Assembly: GCA_035689115.1 (NCBI GenBank)
Contig: DASSMA010000058.1
Span: forward strand, 2,573-66,572
Length of the DNA: 64,000 nucleotides
Direction of reading: 5' to 3'
DNA from: Acidimicrobiales bacterium
GTDB lineage: Bacteria; Actinomycetota; Acidimicrobiia; Acidimicrobiales; GCA-2861595
Made by a program: the position numbers and the translations under genes. A model generated the notes under the pieces. The model had not been told where the DNA came from. It worked only from the letters and a program-made list of their open reading frames with translations, and made no database searches. Position 1 is the stretch's first letter, and each line of letters opens with the position of its first letter. Shown in pieces: positions 9,786 to 18,633 of this stretch.

Positions 9786-10820
9786 TCAGCCGGAGGTGGA
9801 GCGCCGGCGGGTGGTGGCCGGCCGGGTGGCGCGGGGCCGGGTGGAAGCGGACCGCGTGCGGGAGTTCGCGGTCGGCGAACCCGCTGCCCGCGCCCGCGTG
9901 GTCCGCCCCGAGTTGGAGCCGGCCTTGGTCGTGCGCGTGGCCGACTTGGCGGCGCTCTTCACCGTGCGGGTGGCCGACTTGGCCTCGCCCTTCACCGACC
10001 GGGCGGCGGACCTGGCCTCGCTCTTGACGTCCTCGGTGGCGCCCTTGGCGGCACCCTTGACGTCCTCGGCGGCGGCCTGGGTGCGGGTCTTGGTCCGCTC
10101 CGACACCGCCCTGGCCTCGCCCTTGACCTCTTCGGCCGCCTCCAGGGCGCGCTGCTTCACCTGCTCGGCGCCCGACATGGTCGAGCGCCTGATCTCCTCG
10201 GCCGCCGCCCGACCCGATTCCAGCGCCTGCTCCTTGAGGGGCTCGAGCCGCTGCTTGGCCTCGGCCGCCAGCCGCCGCTCGCGCTGGGTGGGGCGCAGGG
10301 TCGACGCGGCCAGGAACCCGGCGCCGAAGGCGATCGCTCCCGCCAGCAGCGGGTTGCCCTCGGTCGCCTGCGGGAGGTCCCGGAGTTTCTCGCCGGCGCT
10401 GCCTGCCACCTGCGACGCACGGTCGGCGATGTCGCCGGCCGAGCCGCGAACCCGTTCGCCGACACCCGACGCTCGGTCGGCGACGTCGCCCGCCGAGCCG
10501 CGCACGCGGTCGCCCACCGAGCGGCCGGATCGGATGCTGCGGCCGTTCGTCGCTGGCGCCCAGTCCGGCTCGGGTGATCCCATCACGCTCTCCTTCGCAT
10601 CGATGACGGCCTGGCGCGTCCGGCGGGCCAGGTTGCGCAGGTTGCGGGTCGGACTGACCCGCTCCTTGACCTCTTCGACCTTCTCGTGCACCTCCGCCTT
10701 GGCCCGGGCGGCCACCTTCTTCGGCGCCACCTTGTCGCCCAGCTCCACCAGGGCGGCACCCAGGTCGGCCTGGCTCTCGGCGATCTGCCGGCGCACCACG
10801 TCTGCCTGTTGCTGGCTCAC
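9786..10820 (-). CDS. DUF3618-type protein with one TM helix and 11-residue amphipathic repeats
   Basis: GTG at 10820 follows GGAGGGAG and overlaps the upstream stop (GTGA). The N-terminus VSQQQADVVRRQIAESQADLGAALVELGDKV is DUF3618-like. The central helix is NPLLAGAIAFGAGFLAAS. The C-terminus has K/A/S/T-rich 11-mers. Confidence 0.7.
   Translation of the reverse strand: MSQQQADVVRRQIAESQADLGAALVELGDKVAPKKVAARAKAEVHEKVEEVKERVSPTRNLRNLARRTRQAVIDAKESVMGSPEPDWAPATNGRSIRSGRSVGDRVRGSAGDVADRASGVGERVRGSAGDIADRASQVAGSAGEKLRDLPQATEGNPLLAGAIAFGAGFLAASTLRPTQRERRLAAEAKQRLEPLKEQALESGRAAAEEIRRSTMSGAEQVKQRALEAAEEVKGEARAVSERTKTRTQAAAEDVKGAAKGATEDVKSEARSAARSVKGEAKSATRTVKSAAKSATRTTKAGSNSGRTTRARAAGSPTANSRTRSASTRPRATRPATTRRRSTSG
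9937..10068 (-). repeat. 4 x 33 nt tandem repeat encoding 11-residue repeats
   Basis: The units start at 9937, 9970, 10003 and 10036 (gtggccgacttggc...cttcaccg...). On the coding strand they give repeats of the type KSATRTVKSAA. Confidence 0.8.
10417..10524 (-). repeat. 2 x 54 nt tandem duplication inside the DUF3618 gene
   Basis: The units start at 10417 and 10471 and encode RVRGSAGD(V/I)ADRAS twice. Confidence 0.75.
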
Positions 10821-11308
10821 CTTGCTCCCTCCGTCTTCCAGTAGCGGTACTGGTCCGGTGGGCCGGAGGCGCCCGCCTTGAACGACTCCTTCGCCACCGT
10901 CACGTCCTGTTTCAGGGTCTGCACCGTCTGCGTGGGCACCGGCGAGAACCCTGCCAGCTTGCGCTTCGCCTGCATGAACAGCAGGCCGGCGGCCACGGCG
11001 AAGACCACGCCGACGATGAGGAAGGCCAGGCCGGGCGGCATGACCTCGGCCAGCCCCCACGCCGCCGCCATGGACACGAGCAGGAGGCCGACGAACGCCG
11101 CGACCGCGGTGCCGCCGAACATGGCTCCTGCCTTGCCCGCTTTGGCGATCTGGTCCTTGGTCTCGATGCGGGCCAGCTCCATCTCGCTGCGGAGCAGGTT
11201 CTGGAGGTTGCTGCTGACGCCGCTGAGCAGCTCGCCGACCGACCGCTCGGAATCCGCCGCCGGCTGGACCCGGCGGCGGGGCCGGTCGTTCATGGGCTGG
11301 GTCATCAT
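10817..11308 (-). CDS. Holin-X / phage holin superfamily III-like membrane protein
   Basis: 163 aa. It has LLRSEMELARIETKD followed by two TM helices (AMFGGTAVAAFVGLLLVSMAAAWGL, GLAFLIVGVVFAVAAGLLF). Its start overlaps the upstream stop (ATGA). Confidence 0.75.
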   Translation of the reverse strand: MMTQPMNDRPRRRVQPAADSERSVGELLSGVSSNLQNLLRSEMELARIETKDQIAKAGKAGAMFGGTAVAAFVGLLLVSMAAAWGLAEVMPPGLAFLIVGVVFAVAAGLLFMQAKRKLAGFSPVPTQTVQTLKQDVTVAKESFKAGASGPPDQYRYWKTEGAR

Positions 11309-11985
11309 CGGGCCCTCCTCGACCCCGAGGCCCGGCGGTAGCCGTTCCCGTTGCCCGCCGGCAGGGCGAGCTGCTCGTCGTACTCGTCCTCGTCGTCGCT
11401 CGAACTGCGGGCGATCCGGCCGACCAGGAACCCGGCGCCGACGGCGCCCAGCAGGAACATGCCTGGGCGGCGGCGGGCGTACGCCTGCACGTCGGCCAGC
11501 GCCGCGCCGACGCCGCGCGTCTCGATGTCGTTGCCGATGATCGAGACCCGCTCGGCCAGGCCGGCCAGCTGCTGGCCGGCGTCGGCCACCAGGTCGCGCA
11601 GGGTGGCCGCCTCCTCGGGGTTCCCCTCGGCCAGGGCGTTGGCCTCGGCGGCCAGCTGCTGGAGCCGCTCACTGAGCCGGTCCAGCTGCGACGCCGCCTG
11701 GCCCTGGAGCACGCTCCGGGTGTCCTCGAGACTGCGGCGAGCCTGCCCGGTGGCCTCTTCGAGCACGCCGGACGCCTCGTACTTCACCTGCTCGACCAGG
11801 CCCTTGGCTTCGGACGCCGTGGCCTGGGCGACCTCCGTCGTCCGCTGCCGGGCGCGGGACCCGACCTCCTCGGCCTGCCCCTTCACCGTCGACGCCACGT
11901 CCTGGCCCTCGTCGGCCACCCGTGACGCGACGCGCCTGCCCTCTCGCGACGCCGATGTTCCGAGTTCTGTGGTTTGCACCGCCAC
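11305..11985 (-). CDS. helical-repeat (apolipoprotein/LEA-like) protein with a C-terminal TM helix
   Basis: GTG at 11985 is preceded by AGGAGG. It has long A/E/Q/R-rich helical segments, then RRRPGMFLLGAVGAGFLVGRI and an acidic tail. Confidence 0.6.
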   Translation of the reverse strand: MAVQTTELGTSASREGRRVASRVADEGQDVASTVKGQAEEVGSRARQRTTEVAQATASEAKGLVEQVKYEASGVLEEATGQARRSLEDTRSVLQGQAASQLDRLSERLQQLAAEANALAEGNPEEAATLRDLVADAGQQLAGLAERVSIIGNDIETRGVGAALADVQAYARRRPGMFLLGAVGAGFLVGRIARSSSDDEDEYDEQLALPAGNGNGYRRASGSRRAR

Positions 11986-12080
11986 GCCGTCTCACCTCCT
12001 GTCGTTCCTCGCCACGCCCTACCCAGGGTTTCGGCGATCGGAACCTCGCCGGGTCGAGGTGAGTGCCGCCGGCCGCATTC

Positions 12081-12200
12081 CGCCGCCGCTGGCGGCCAGG
12101 GGGGTGTGCGGGGCACGGCCCCCCACGCGAAGCCGCCGTGCCGCCTTCGCCGGTCGGCGGCCTGAGCGCCAGGGCGGCCCCGCTAATTCGGCGAGGAACC
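12081..12200 (-). repeat. GC-rich interspersed element, family C, reverse-oriented diverged copy
   Basis: cgccgccgctggcggccaggggggtgtgcggggcacggccccccacgcgaagccgccg... aligns to the reverse complement of C1 (gctggcggcactggggggtgcggggggcgcagccccccgaaaggagccgccg). Confidence 0.55.
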
Positions 12201-12322
12201 TCCGGTACAGAGTCGATGAGAAGTGAATCCTCTTGCGGTTATTCGGTTCTTGCGGTGGGTACGCGGTTCTCCAGGCCCTTCAGACGGAGGGGCGTTGCTA
12301 CGCCCAACCGTTGGAGGCAGCT

Positions 12323-13951
12323 GTGCGGGTGTTGGGGCTGAACGCCGTGTTCCACGATCCGGCCGCGGCCCTGGTCGTCGACGGCGAGATCGTGGCGGCG
12401 GCCGAGGAGGAGCGCTTCACCCGCCGCAAGCACGGGAAGCGGCCGGTGCCGTTCGCCACGTGGGAGCTCCCGGAGCACTCGGCGGCGTGGTGCCTCGAGC
12501 AGGCCGGACTGGACCCGTCGGACGTCGACGCCGTGGCGTACTCCTACGACCCGTGGCTGGCGCCCTCGCCCGGTCCCGACGTCACCGCCGACGGCTGGGA
12601 AGGGTTGCGCACGCTGTACGCCTGGCGGGCTCCGCAGTTCCTGCAGACCGCGCTGCCCGGCCTCGACCCGGCGTCCGTGCGGTTCGTCCCCCACCACGTG
12701 GCCCACGCCGCGTCGGCCCACCTGGCCGCTCCCTTCCCCGACTCGAGCGTCCTCGTGCTCGACGGCCGGGGCGAGACGGCTTCGAGCCTGGCCGGCCGCT
12801 CGGTGGGCGGCGACCTCGAGATCCTGGCCGTCCAGCAGCTCCCCCACTCGCTCGGGCTCCTGTACGAAGAGGTCACCGAGCACCTCGGCTTCCTGCGTTC
12901 GTCCGACGAGTACAAGGTGATGGCCCTGGCCTCCTACGGGGAGGCGACGTTCCTGCCCGAGCTGCGCGAGCTGGTGCGCACGACCGGTGACGGCGGCTTC
13001 GTCGTGGAGCCGATGGACTGGGGCGCCTTCGCCAAGCCGCGCCGGCGCGGGGAGGCGCTCGGGGACGGCCACGCCAACCTGGCGGCCAGCGTGCAGCGCC
13101 GCCTCGAGGAGGTCCTGCTCGACCTGGGCCGCTGGCTCCACGCCCGCACCGGCGACCGCGTCCTCACGATGGCCGGCGGGGTGGCCCTGAATTGCGTGGC
13201 CAACTCCCGCCTCGCCGAGGAGGGCCCGTTCGAGCACGTGTGGGTCCAGCCGGCCGCCGGCGACGCCGGCACGGCGCTGGGCGGCGCCCTCCACGTCGCC
13301 CATGCCGGCGGGGACCGGGTGCGACCGATGCCCGGTGCCGACCTCGGCCGCGAGTTCGGCGACGCCGACCTGGAGGCGTGGCTCACCACTGCCGACGTGG
13401 CGTACGAGCGACCGACCGACGTGGCCGAGGCGGTGGCCGAGGCGCTGGCCGCCGACGCGATCGTCGCCTGGTTCCAGGGCCGGAGCGAGTACGGGCCCCG
13501 TGCCCTCGGGCGCCGCAGCCTCCTCGCCCACCCGGGCCACCGGCGCAACCTCGAGCGTCTCAACGACGTGAAGGGACGCGAGCAGTTCCGGCCGCTGGCG
13601 CCCATGGTGCTCGCCCACCGGGCCGGCGAGGTCTTCGACGGGCCGCTCCCGAGCCCCTACATGCTCTTCACCCAGCGGGTGCGCCCGGAGTGGCGCGACC
13701 GGATCCCGGCCGTCGTCCACGTCGACGGCACAGCCCGCGCGCAGACCGTCGACCCCGCCGGCGAGCCGCTGGTGGGCCGGATGCTCGAGGGCTTCGAGCG
13801 CCGCACCGGCCTGCCGGTCGTCGTCAACACCAGCCTCAACACCGCCGGGCGACCCATGGTCGACGACCCGCGCGACGCCCTCGAGTGCTTCGGCTCGGGG
13901 CCAATCGACCTCCTCGCCCTCGGCCCCTTCACGATCCGGAGGTGCCGATGA
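12323..13951 (+). CDS. carbamoyltransferase (NodU/CmcH family)
   Basis: GTG at 12323 follows GGAGG. The N-terminus VRVLGLNAVFHDPAAALVVDGEIVAAAEEERFTRRKH and the C-terminal region VHVDGTARAQTV...VVVNTSLNTAGRPMV are hallmarks of this family. Confidence 0.9.
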   Translation: MRVLGLNAVFHDPAAALVVDGEIVAAAEEERFTRRKHGKRPVPFATWELPEHSAAWCLEQAGLDPSDVDAVAYSYDPWLAPSPGPDVTADGWEGLRTLYAWRAPQFLQTALPGLDPASVRFVPHHVAHAASAHLAAPFPDSSVLVLDGRGETASSLAGRSVGGDLEILAVQQLPHSLGLLYEEVTEHLGFLRSSDEYKVMALASYGEATFLPELRELVRTTGDGGFVVEPMDWGAFAKPRRRGEALGDGHANLAASVQRRLEEVLLDLGRWLHARTGDRVLTMAGGVALNCVANSRLAEEGPFEHVWVQPAAGDAGTALGGALHVAHAGGDRVRPMPGADLGREFGDADLEAWLTTADVAYERPTDVAEAVAEALAADAIVAWFQGRSEYGPRALGRRSLLAHPGHRRNLERLNDVKGREQFRPLAPMVLAHRAGEVFDGPLPSPYMLFTQRVRPEWRDRIPAVVHVDGTARAQTVDPAGEPLVGRMLEGFERRTGLPVVVNTSLNTAGRPMVDDPRDALECFGSGPIDLLALGPFTIRRCR

Positions 13952-15456
13952 CCAGCAGCACGTTCGACGTGGTCATCCCCACCGTGGGCCGGCCCTCGCT
14001 GGCCCGTACCCTCGACGCCGTCGCGGCCGGACCGGGACCGCAGCCGGCGAGGGTGGTGGTGGTGGACGACCGCCGCTGCGCCGGGACCCGGCTGCTGCCC
14101 GGCCCCCTCCCGGACGGCACCGTGGTGCTGGCCGGCGGCGGTCGAGGCCCGGCCGCGGCGCGCAACGTGGGCTGGCGCTCGGGCTCGTCCGAATGGGTGG
14201 CGTTCCTCGACGACGACGTGGTGCCGGAGCCGGGCTGGCGGGCCCGCCTGGCCGTCGACCTGGCCGCCGGAGGGCCCCGCACCGGCGCCAGCCAGGGCCG
14301 CATCGTCGTGCCGCTGCCCGAGGGTCGCCGGCCCACCGACTGGGAGCGCAACGTGGTCGGCCTGGCGACCGCCCGCTGGGCCACCGCCGACATGGCCTAC
14401 CGACGGGCCGCGCTGGCCGACGTGGGCGGGTTCGACGAGCGCTTCCCCCGGGCGTACCGGGAGGACGCCGACCTGGCCGCCCGGGTCCGGGCCGCCGGCT
14501 GGAGGATCGTCATGGGCGAGCGGGTCACCACCCATCCCGTGCGGCCGGCCGGCCGGTGGGTCAGCGTGCGCCTCCAGTCCGGCAATGCCGACGACGTCCT
14601 GCTGCGCGTCCTGCACGGCCGCCACTGGCGGCGGGCCACCGGCGTCCCGTCCGGCCGCCGCCGCCGCCACCTCGCCATCACTGCGGCCGCCGCCGGAGCG
14701 GTGGGGGCCGCCGCCGCCGGCCGCCCCCGCCTGGCCCTGGCCGCCGCCACCTGTTGGGCGCTCGGCACGGCCGAGTTGGCGTGGGCCCGCATCGCACCTG
14801 GCCCCCGCACGGCCGAGGAGGTCGTCACCATGATCGCCTCGTCGGTGGCCATCCCGCCGGCGGCCACGTGGCACTGGCTGCGCGGATGGGCGGGACTGCC
14901 TCGCTGCCTCCGCGCCCAGCCCGCCAGAAGGGTCGAGCCTCCGGCGGCGGTGCTGTTCGACCGCGACGGCACCCTGGTCGTCGACGTCCCCTACAACGGC
15001 GATCCCGCCCTCGTCGTCCCGATGCCGGGCGCCCGCCAGGCCCTCGACCGGCTCCGTGCCGCCGGGATCCCGATCGGGGTCGTGTCGAACCAGAGCGGTG
15101 TGGCCCGCCGCCTCGTGACCGCCGAGCAGGTTGCAGCCGTCAACCGGCGGGTCGAGGAGCTGCTGGGGCCGCTCGGTTCCTGGGCCGTCTGCCCGCACGG
15201 CCCGGACGACGGCTGCCCGTCCCGCAAGCCGGCGGCCGGGCTGGTGCTCGAGGCGTCGGCCGCCCTGGGCGTCGACCCCACGCGGGTGGCGGTGGTCGGC
15301 GACATCGGGTCCGACGTGGAGGCGGCCCTGAGGGCCGGGGCGCGGGCCGTCCTCGTGCCGACCGCCGTCACCAGGCCCGAGGAGGTGGCGTCCGCACCCG
15401 AAGTGGCGCTGGACCTGCCGGCCGCCGTCGACCTGCTCCTCCGGGGCGCGTCATGA
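13948..15456 (+). CDS. fusion protein: GT2 glycosyltransferase, TM segment, then D,D-heptose 1,7-bisphosphate phosphatase (GmhB-like HAD-IIIA)
   Basis: ATG overlaps the upstream stop (ATGA). GT2 region: FDVVIPTVGRP...VVVVDD. HAD motif I: AVLFDRDGTL. GmhB-like zinc-loop: CPHGPDDGCPSRKP. Motif III: VVGDIGSD. Confidence 0.85.
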   Translation: MTSSTFDVVIPTVGRPSLARTLDAVAAGPGPQPARVVVVDDRRCAGTRLLPGPLPDGTVVLAGGGRGPAAARNVGWRSGSSEWVAFLDDDVVPEPGWRARLAVDLAAGGPRTGASQGRIVVPLPEGRRPTDWERNVVGLATARWATADMAYRRAALADVGGFDERFPRAYREDADLAARVRAAGWRIVMGERVTTHPVRPAGRWVSVRLQSGNADDVLLRVLHGRHWRRATGVPSGRRRRHLAITAAAAGAVGAAAAGRPRLALAAATCWALGTAELAWARIAPGPRTAEEVVTMIASSVAIPPAATWHWLRGWAGLPRCLRAQPARRVEPPAAVLFDRDGTLVVDVPYNGDPALVVPMPGARQALDRLRAAGIPIGVVSNQSGVARRLVTAEQVAAVNRRVEELLGPLGSWAVCPHGPDDGCPSRKPAAGLVLEASAALGVDPTRVAVVGDIGSDVEAALRAGARAVLVPTAVTRPEEVASAPEVALDLPAAVDLLLRGAS

Positions 15457-16487
15457 AGCCCGGGATCCACGTGCTCGTGGCCCGCCTCGACAACCAGGGC
15501 GACGTCCTGCTGGCCGGGCCGGCCGTCCGGGCGGCGGCGGCGGGTGCCGACCGGGTCACCTTTCTGTGCCGGCCCTCGTCGGAGCCGGTGGCCCGCATGC
15601 TGCCCGGTGTCGACGACGTGGTCACGTTCGAGGCGCCCTGGGTCCCGGCCGACCCGCCGCCGTGCGACTCGCCGGCCGTCCTCCGCCTGGTGGGCCGGCT
15701 GGCCTCCCTCGAGGTCGACGACGCCCTGGTGCTGACCTCGTACCACCAGTCGCCGCTGCCCCTCGCCCTGCTCCTCCGCATGGCGCGCGTCCGCACCGTG
15801 GCCGGTATCAGCGCCGACTACCCCGGGTCGCTGCTCGACGTGCGCCATGAGGTGGCCGAAGACCGCCACGAGGTCGAGCGCAACCTCTCGCTCGCCGCCA
15901 CCCTCGGCTACCGGCTCCCGGCCGGCGACGACGGGCGGCTGCGGATCGTGCGGCGCACGCCGGCCGTCCTCCCGCCCGACGTCCCCGAGAGCCCGTTCGT
16001 CGTGGTCCATCCCGGCGCGTCCGTACCGGCCAGGGCGTGGGCGCCGGAGCGGAATGCCGAACTGGTCCGGGCGCTCGCCGCCGCCGGGTGGCCCGTGGTG
16101 GTCACGGGGGGCGGCGGCGAGGCGCCCCTGTGCGCCGAGGTCGCCGGCGACGACGGCGTCGACCTCTCGGGGCGCACCGACGTGGGCGGCCTGGCCGACC
16201 TGCTGGCCCGGGCGGCCGCCGTGGTGGTCGGCAACACCGGTCCCGCCCACCTGGCGGCGGCGGTGGGGACGCCGGTGGTGAGCCTCTACGCGCCCACCGT
16301 CCCGGCCGTGCGGTGGCGGCCGTGGCGGGTGCCCCACGAGCTGCTCGGGCTCCAGGACATCGAGTGTGCCGGGTGCCGCAACCGGGTGTGCCCGTTGCCG
16401 CGGCAGACGTGCCTCGACGGTGTCCCCGTTCCTTCGGTGGTCGCCGCCGTCGACCGCCTGGCCGCAGGACGGCTGGTGCCGGCGTGA
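15453..16487 (+). CDS. GT9 glycosyltransferase (heptosyltransferase family)
   Basis: ATGA overlap with the upstream gene. Motifs: LVARLDNQGDVLLAGPAVRA, VVHPGASVPARAW, VVGNTGPAHLAAAVGTPVVSLYAPT. Confidence 0.85.
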   Translation: MKPGIHVLVARLDNQGDVLLAGPAVRAAAAGADRVTFLCRPSSEPVARMLPGVDDVVTFEAPWVPADPPPCDSPAVLRLVGRLASLEVDDALVLTSYHQSPLPLALLLRMARVRTVAGISADYPGSLLDVRHEVAEDRHEVERNLSLAATLGYRLPAGDDGRLRIVRRTPAVLPPDVPESPFVVVHPGASVPARAWAPERNAELVRALAAAGWPVVVTGGGGEAPLCAEVAGDDGVDLSGRTDVGGLADLLARAAAVVVGNTGPAHLAAAVGTPVVSLYAPTVPAVRWRPWRVPHELLGLQDIECAGCRNRVCPLPRQTCLDGVPVPSVVAAVDRLAAGRLVPA

Positions 16488-17425
16488 ACGTGTTCGTCTG
16501 GCACGTCCACGGCACCTACACCACCGCCCTCGTCCAGGGGCGCCATCGCTACCTGATCCCCGTCCTGCCCGACCGCGGGCCGTACGGCCGAGGGCGGGCG
16601 CGCACCTGGGACTGGCCGGAGTCGGCCGTCGAGGTCACACCGGCCGAAGCGGCCCAGGCGGAGGTCGACCTCGTGATCCTCCAGCGGCCGGGCGAGCTCG
16701 CCCACGTGGCGAGCGCCTGGCTCGGGGGTCGCGTCCCCGGCGTCGACGTGCCGGCCGTGTACCTCGAGCACAACGCCCCCCAGGGGCGGGTGAACGACCT
16801 CCGCCACCCGGCGGCCGACGCGCCGGGCGTCACCGTCGTCCACGTGACGAAGTTCAACGCCCTCTTCTGGGACACCGGAAACTCTCCCGTCAGCGTGATC
16901 GAGCACGGCGTCGTCGACCCCGGCCACCGGTGGACGGGGGAGCTGCCGCAGGCGGTGGCCGTGGTCAACGAGCCGGTGCGACGGGCGCGTGTCACCGGCA
17001 CCGATTTGCTCGGCCCGCTGGCCATCCGCTCCGGCGTCCCCGTCGACCTGTTCGGCATGGCGAGTGAGCCGCTGGGCGGCGTCCACCTGGGCCAGGCGGA
17101 GCTGCACGCCGAGATGCCGAGGCGGCGGGTGTACCTCCATCCGTTCCGGTGGACGTCCCTCGGCCTCACGCTCCTGGAGGCGATGCATCTCGGGATGCCG
17201 GTGGTGGCCCTGGCCACGACGGAGGTGCCGGCGGCGGTGCCGGCCGAGGCCGGCATCGTGTCCAACGACGGCGAGGTGCTGGCCGCCGGCCTCCGCCGGC
17301 TGGCGGCGGACCCGGAGGAGGCCGAGTTGATGGGCAAGGCGGCCCGGGAGGTGGCCCTGGAGCGCTACGGCCTCGGCCGCTTCCTCGACGACTGGGACCG
17401 CGTGTTCGAGGAGGTCGCAGCATGA
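16484..17425 (+). CDS. GT1/GT4-like glycosyltransferase
   Basis: GTGA overlap with the upstream gene. The C-terminal GT-B signature is WTSLGLTLLEAMHLGMPVVALATTEVP. Confidence 0.7.
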   Translation: MNVFVWHVHGTYTTALVQGRHRYLIPVLPDRGPYGRGRARTWDWPESAVEVTPAEAAQAEVDLVILQRPGELAHVASAWLGGRVPGVDVPAVYLEHNAPQGRVNDLRHPAADAPGVTVVHVTKFNALFWDTGNSPVSVIEHGVVDPGHRWTGELPQAVAVVNEPVRRARVTGTDLLGPLAIRSGVPVDLFGMASEPLGGVHLGQAELHAEMPRRRVYLHPFRWTSLGLTLLEAMHLGMPVVALATTEVPAAVPAEAGIVSNDGEVLAAGLRRLAADPEEAELMGKAAREVALERYGLGRFLDDWDRVFEEVAA

Positions 17426-18633
17426 GGGTCGCCATGGTGTCCGAGCACGCCAGCCCCCTGGCCGTGCTCGGCGGGGCCGACGCCGGCGGCCAGAACGTGC
17501 ACGTCGCCTCGCTGGCGGCCGCCATGGCCGCCCAGGGCGCATCGGTGACCGTGCACACCCGGCGGGAAGACGCCCAGCTCCCGAGGCGGGTCGCGCTCAC
17601 CGCCGGCGTCGAGGTCGACCACGTCGACGCCGGTCCGCCGCACCCGATCCCCAAGGACGACCTGCTGCCGCACATGGGCCGGTTCGCCGAGGAGCTCCGC
17701 CGGCAGTGGGTGGCCGACCGGCCCGACATCGTCCACGCCCACTTCTGGATGTCGGCGCTGGCCGCCCTGCAGGCGGCCGACGACCTCGGCATCCCGGTGG
17801 TCGCCACCTTCCACGCCCTCGGGGTGGTGAAGCGCCGGCACCAGGGCCGCCGCGACACGAGCCCGCCCGAGCGCACGGCGGCCGAGGCCATGATCGCCCG
17901 ACGGGCGGTGCACGTGGTGGCCACGTGCACCGACGAGGTGGCCGAGCTGGTGCGCATCGGTGCCGACCCCCGGCGCGTCTCGGTGATCCCCTGCGGCGTC
18001 GACCTTCGGACCTTCACGCCGGCGGGTGCGGCCGAGCTCGGCCGCACCGACCTGCGGCGGGTGGTGGTGGTGAGCAGGCTGGTCGAGCGCAAGGGCATCG
18101 GCAACGTGATCGAGGCGCTGCCGGCCGTGCCTGCGACCGAGCTGGTCGTGGCCGGCGGGCCTCCCGGCGACGACTTCGACGAACGGCCCGAGGTCCGCCG
18201 CCTGCGCCGGCTCGCCGAGCGCCACGGCGTGGCCGACCGCGTGCACCTGCGGGGGCCGGTGGGCCGGAACGATCTCCCGCCGTTGCTGCGGTCGGCCGAC
18301 GTGGTGGCCTGCGTGCCCTGGTACGAGCCGTTCGGCATCGTCCCCCTCGAGGCCATGGCGTGCGGCGTCCCCGTGCTGGCCTCCGAGGTCGGCGGCCTGC
18401 GCGACACCGTGGTCGACGGGGTCACCGGCGTCCACCTGCCGCCGCGGCGGCCCGATCTCATCGGCCAGTCGCTGGCCCGGCTCCTCGCCGATCCCGAGCG
18501 GTGCCGGGCCATCGGTCGGGCCGGCGCCCGCCGGGCGGCGGCCCGCTACGGCTGGTCCACCGTGGCCGCCGCCACGCTCGGGACGTACGCGTCGCTGCTG
18601 GACGCGCCCCGCCTGGTGGGGGCCCGGCGATGA
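17422..18633 (+). CDS. GT4 glycosyltransferase (MshA-like retaining type)
   Basis: ATGA overlap with the upstream gene. Motifs: MRVAMVSEHASPLAVLGGADAGGQNVHV, YEPFGIVPLEAMACGVPVLASEVGGLRDTV. Confidence 0.9.
   Translation: MRVAMVSEHASPLAVLGGADAGGQNVHVASLAAAMAAQGASVTVHTRREDAQLPRRVALTAGVEVDHVDAGPPHPIPKDDLLPHMGRFAEELRRQWVADRPDIVHAHFWMSALAALQAADDLGIPVVATFHALGVVKRRHQGRRDTSPPERTAAEAMIARRAVHVVATCTDEVAELVRIGADPRRVSVIPCGVDLRTFTPAGAAELGRTDLRRVVVVSRLVERKGIGNVIEALPAVPATELVVAGGPPGDDFDERPEVRRLRRLAERHGVADRVHLRGPVGRNDLPPLLRSADVVACVPWYEPFGIVPLEAMACGVPVLASEVGGLRDTVVDGVTGVHLPPRRPDLIGQSLARLLADPERCRAIGRAGARRAAARYGWSTVAAATLGTYASLLDAPRLVGARR

Noticed and set aside
2765-11308. Holin-like genes (2765-3049 and 10817-11308) as evidence of a prophage or lysis cassette.
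   Set aside because: No endolysin, integrase, terminase or structural genes are nearby. Holin-X proteins in this DUF3618/YihY context are conserved chromosomal genes.
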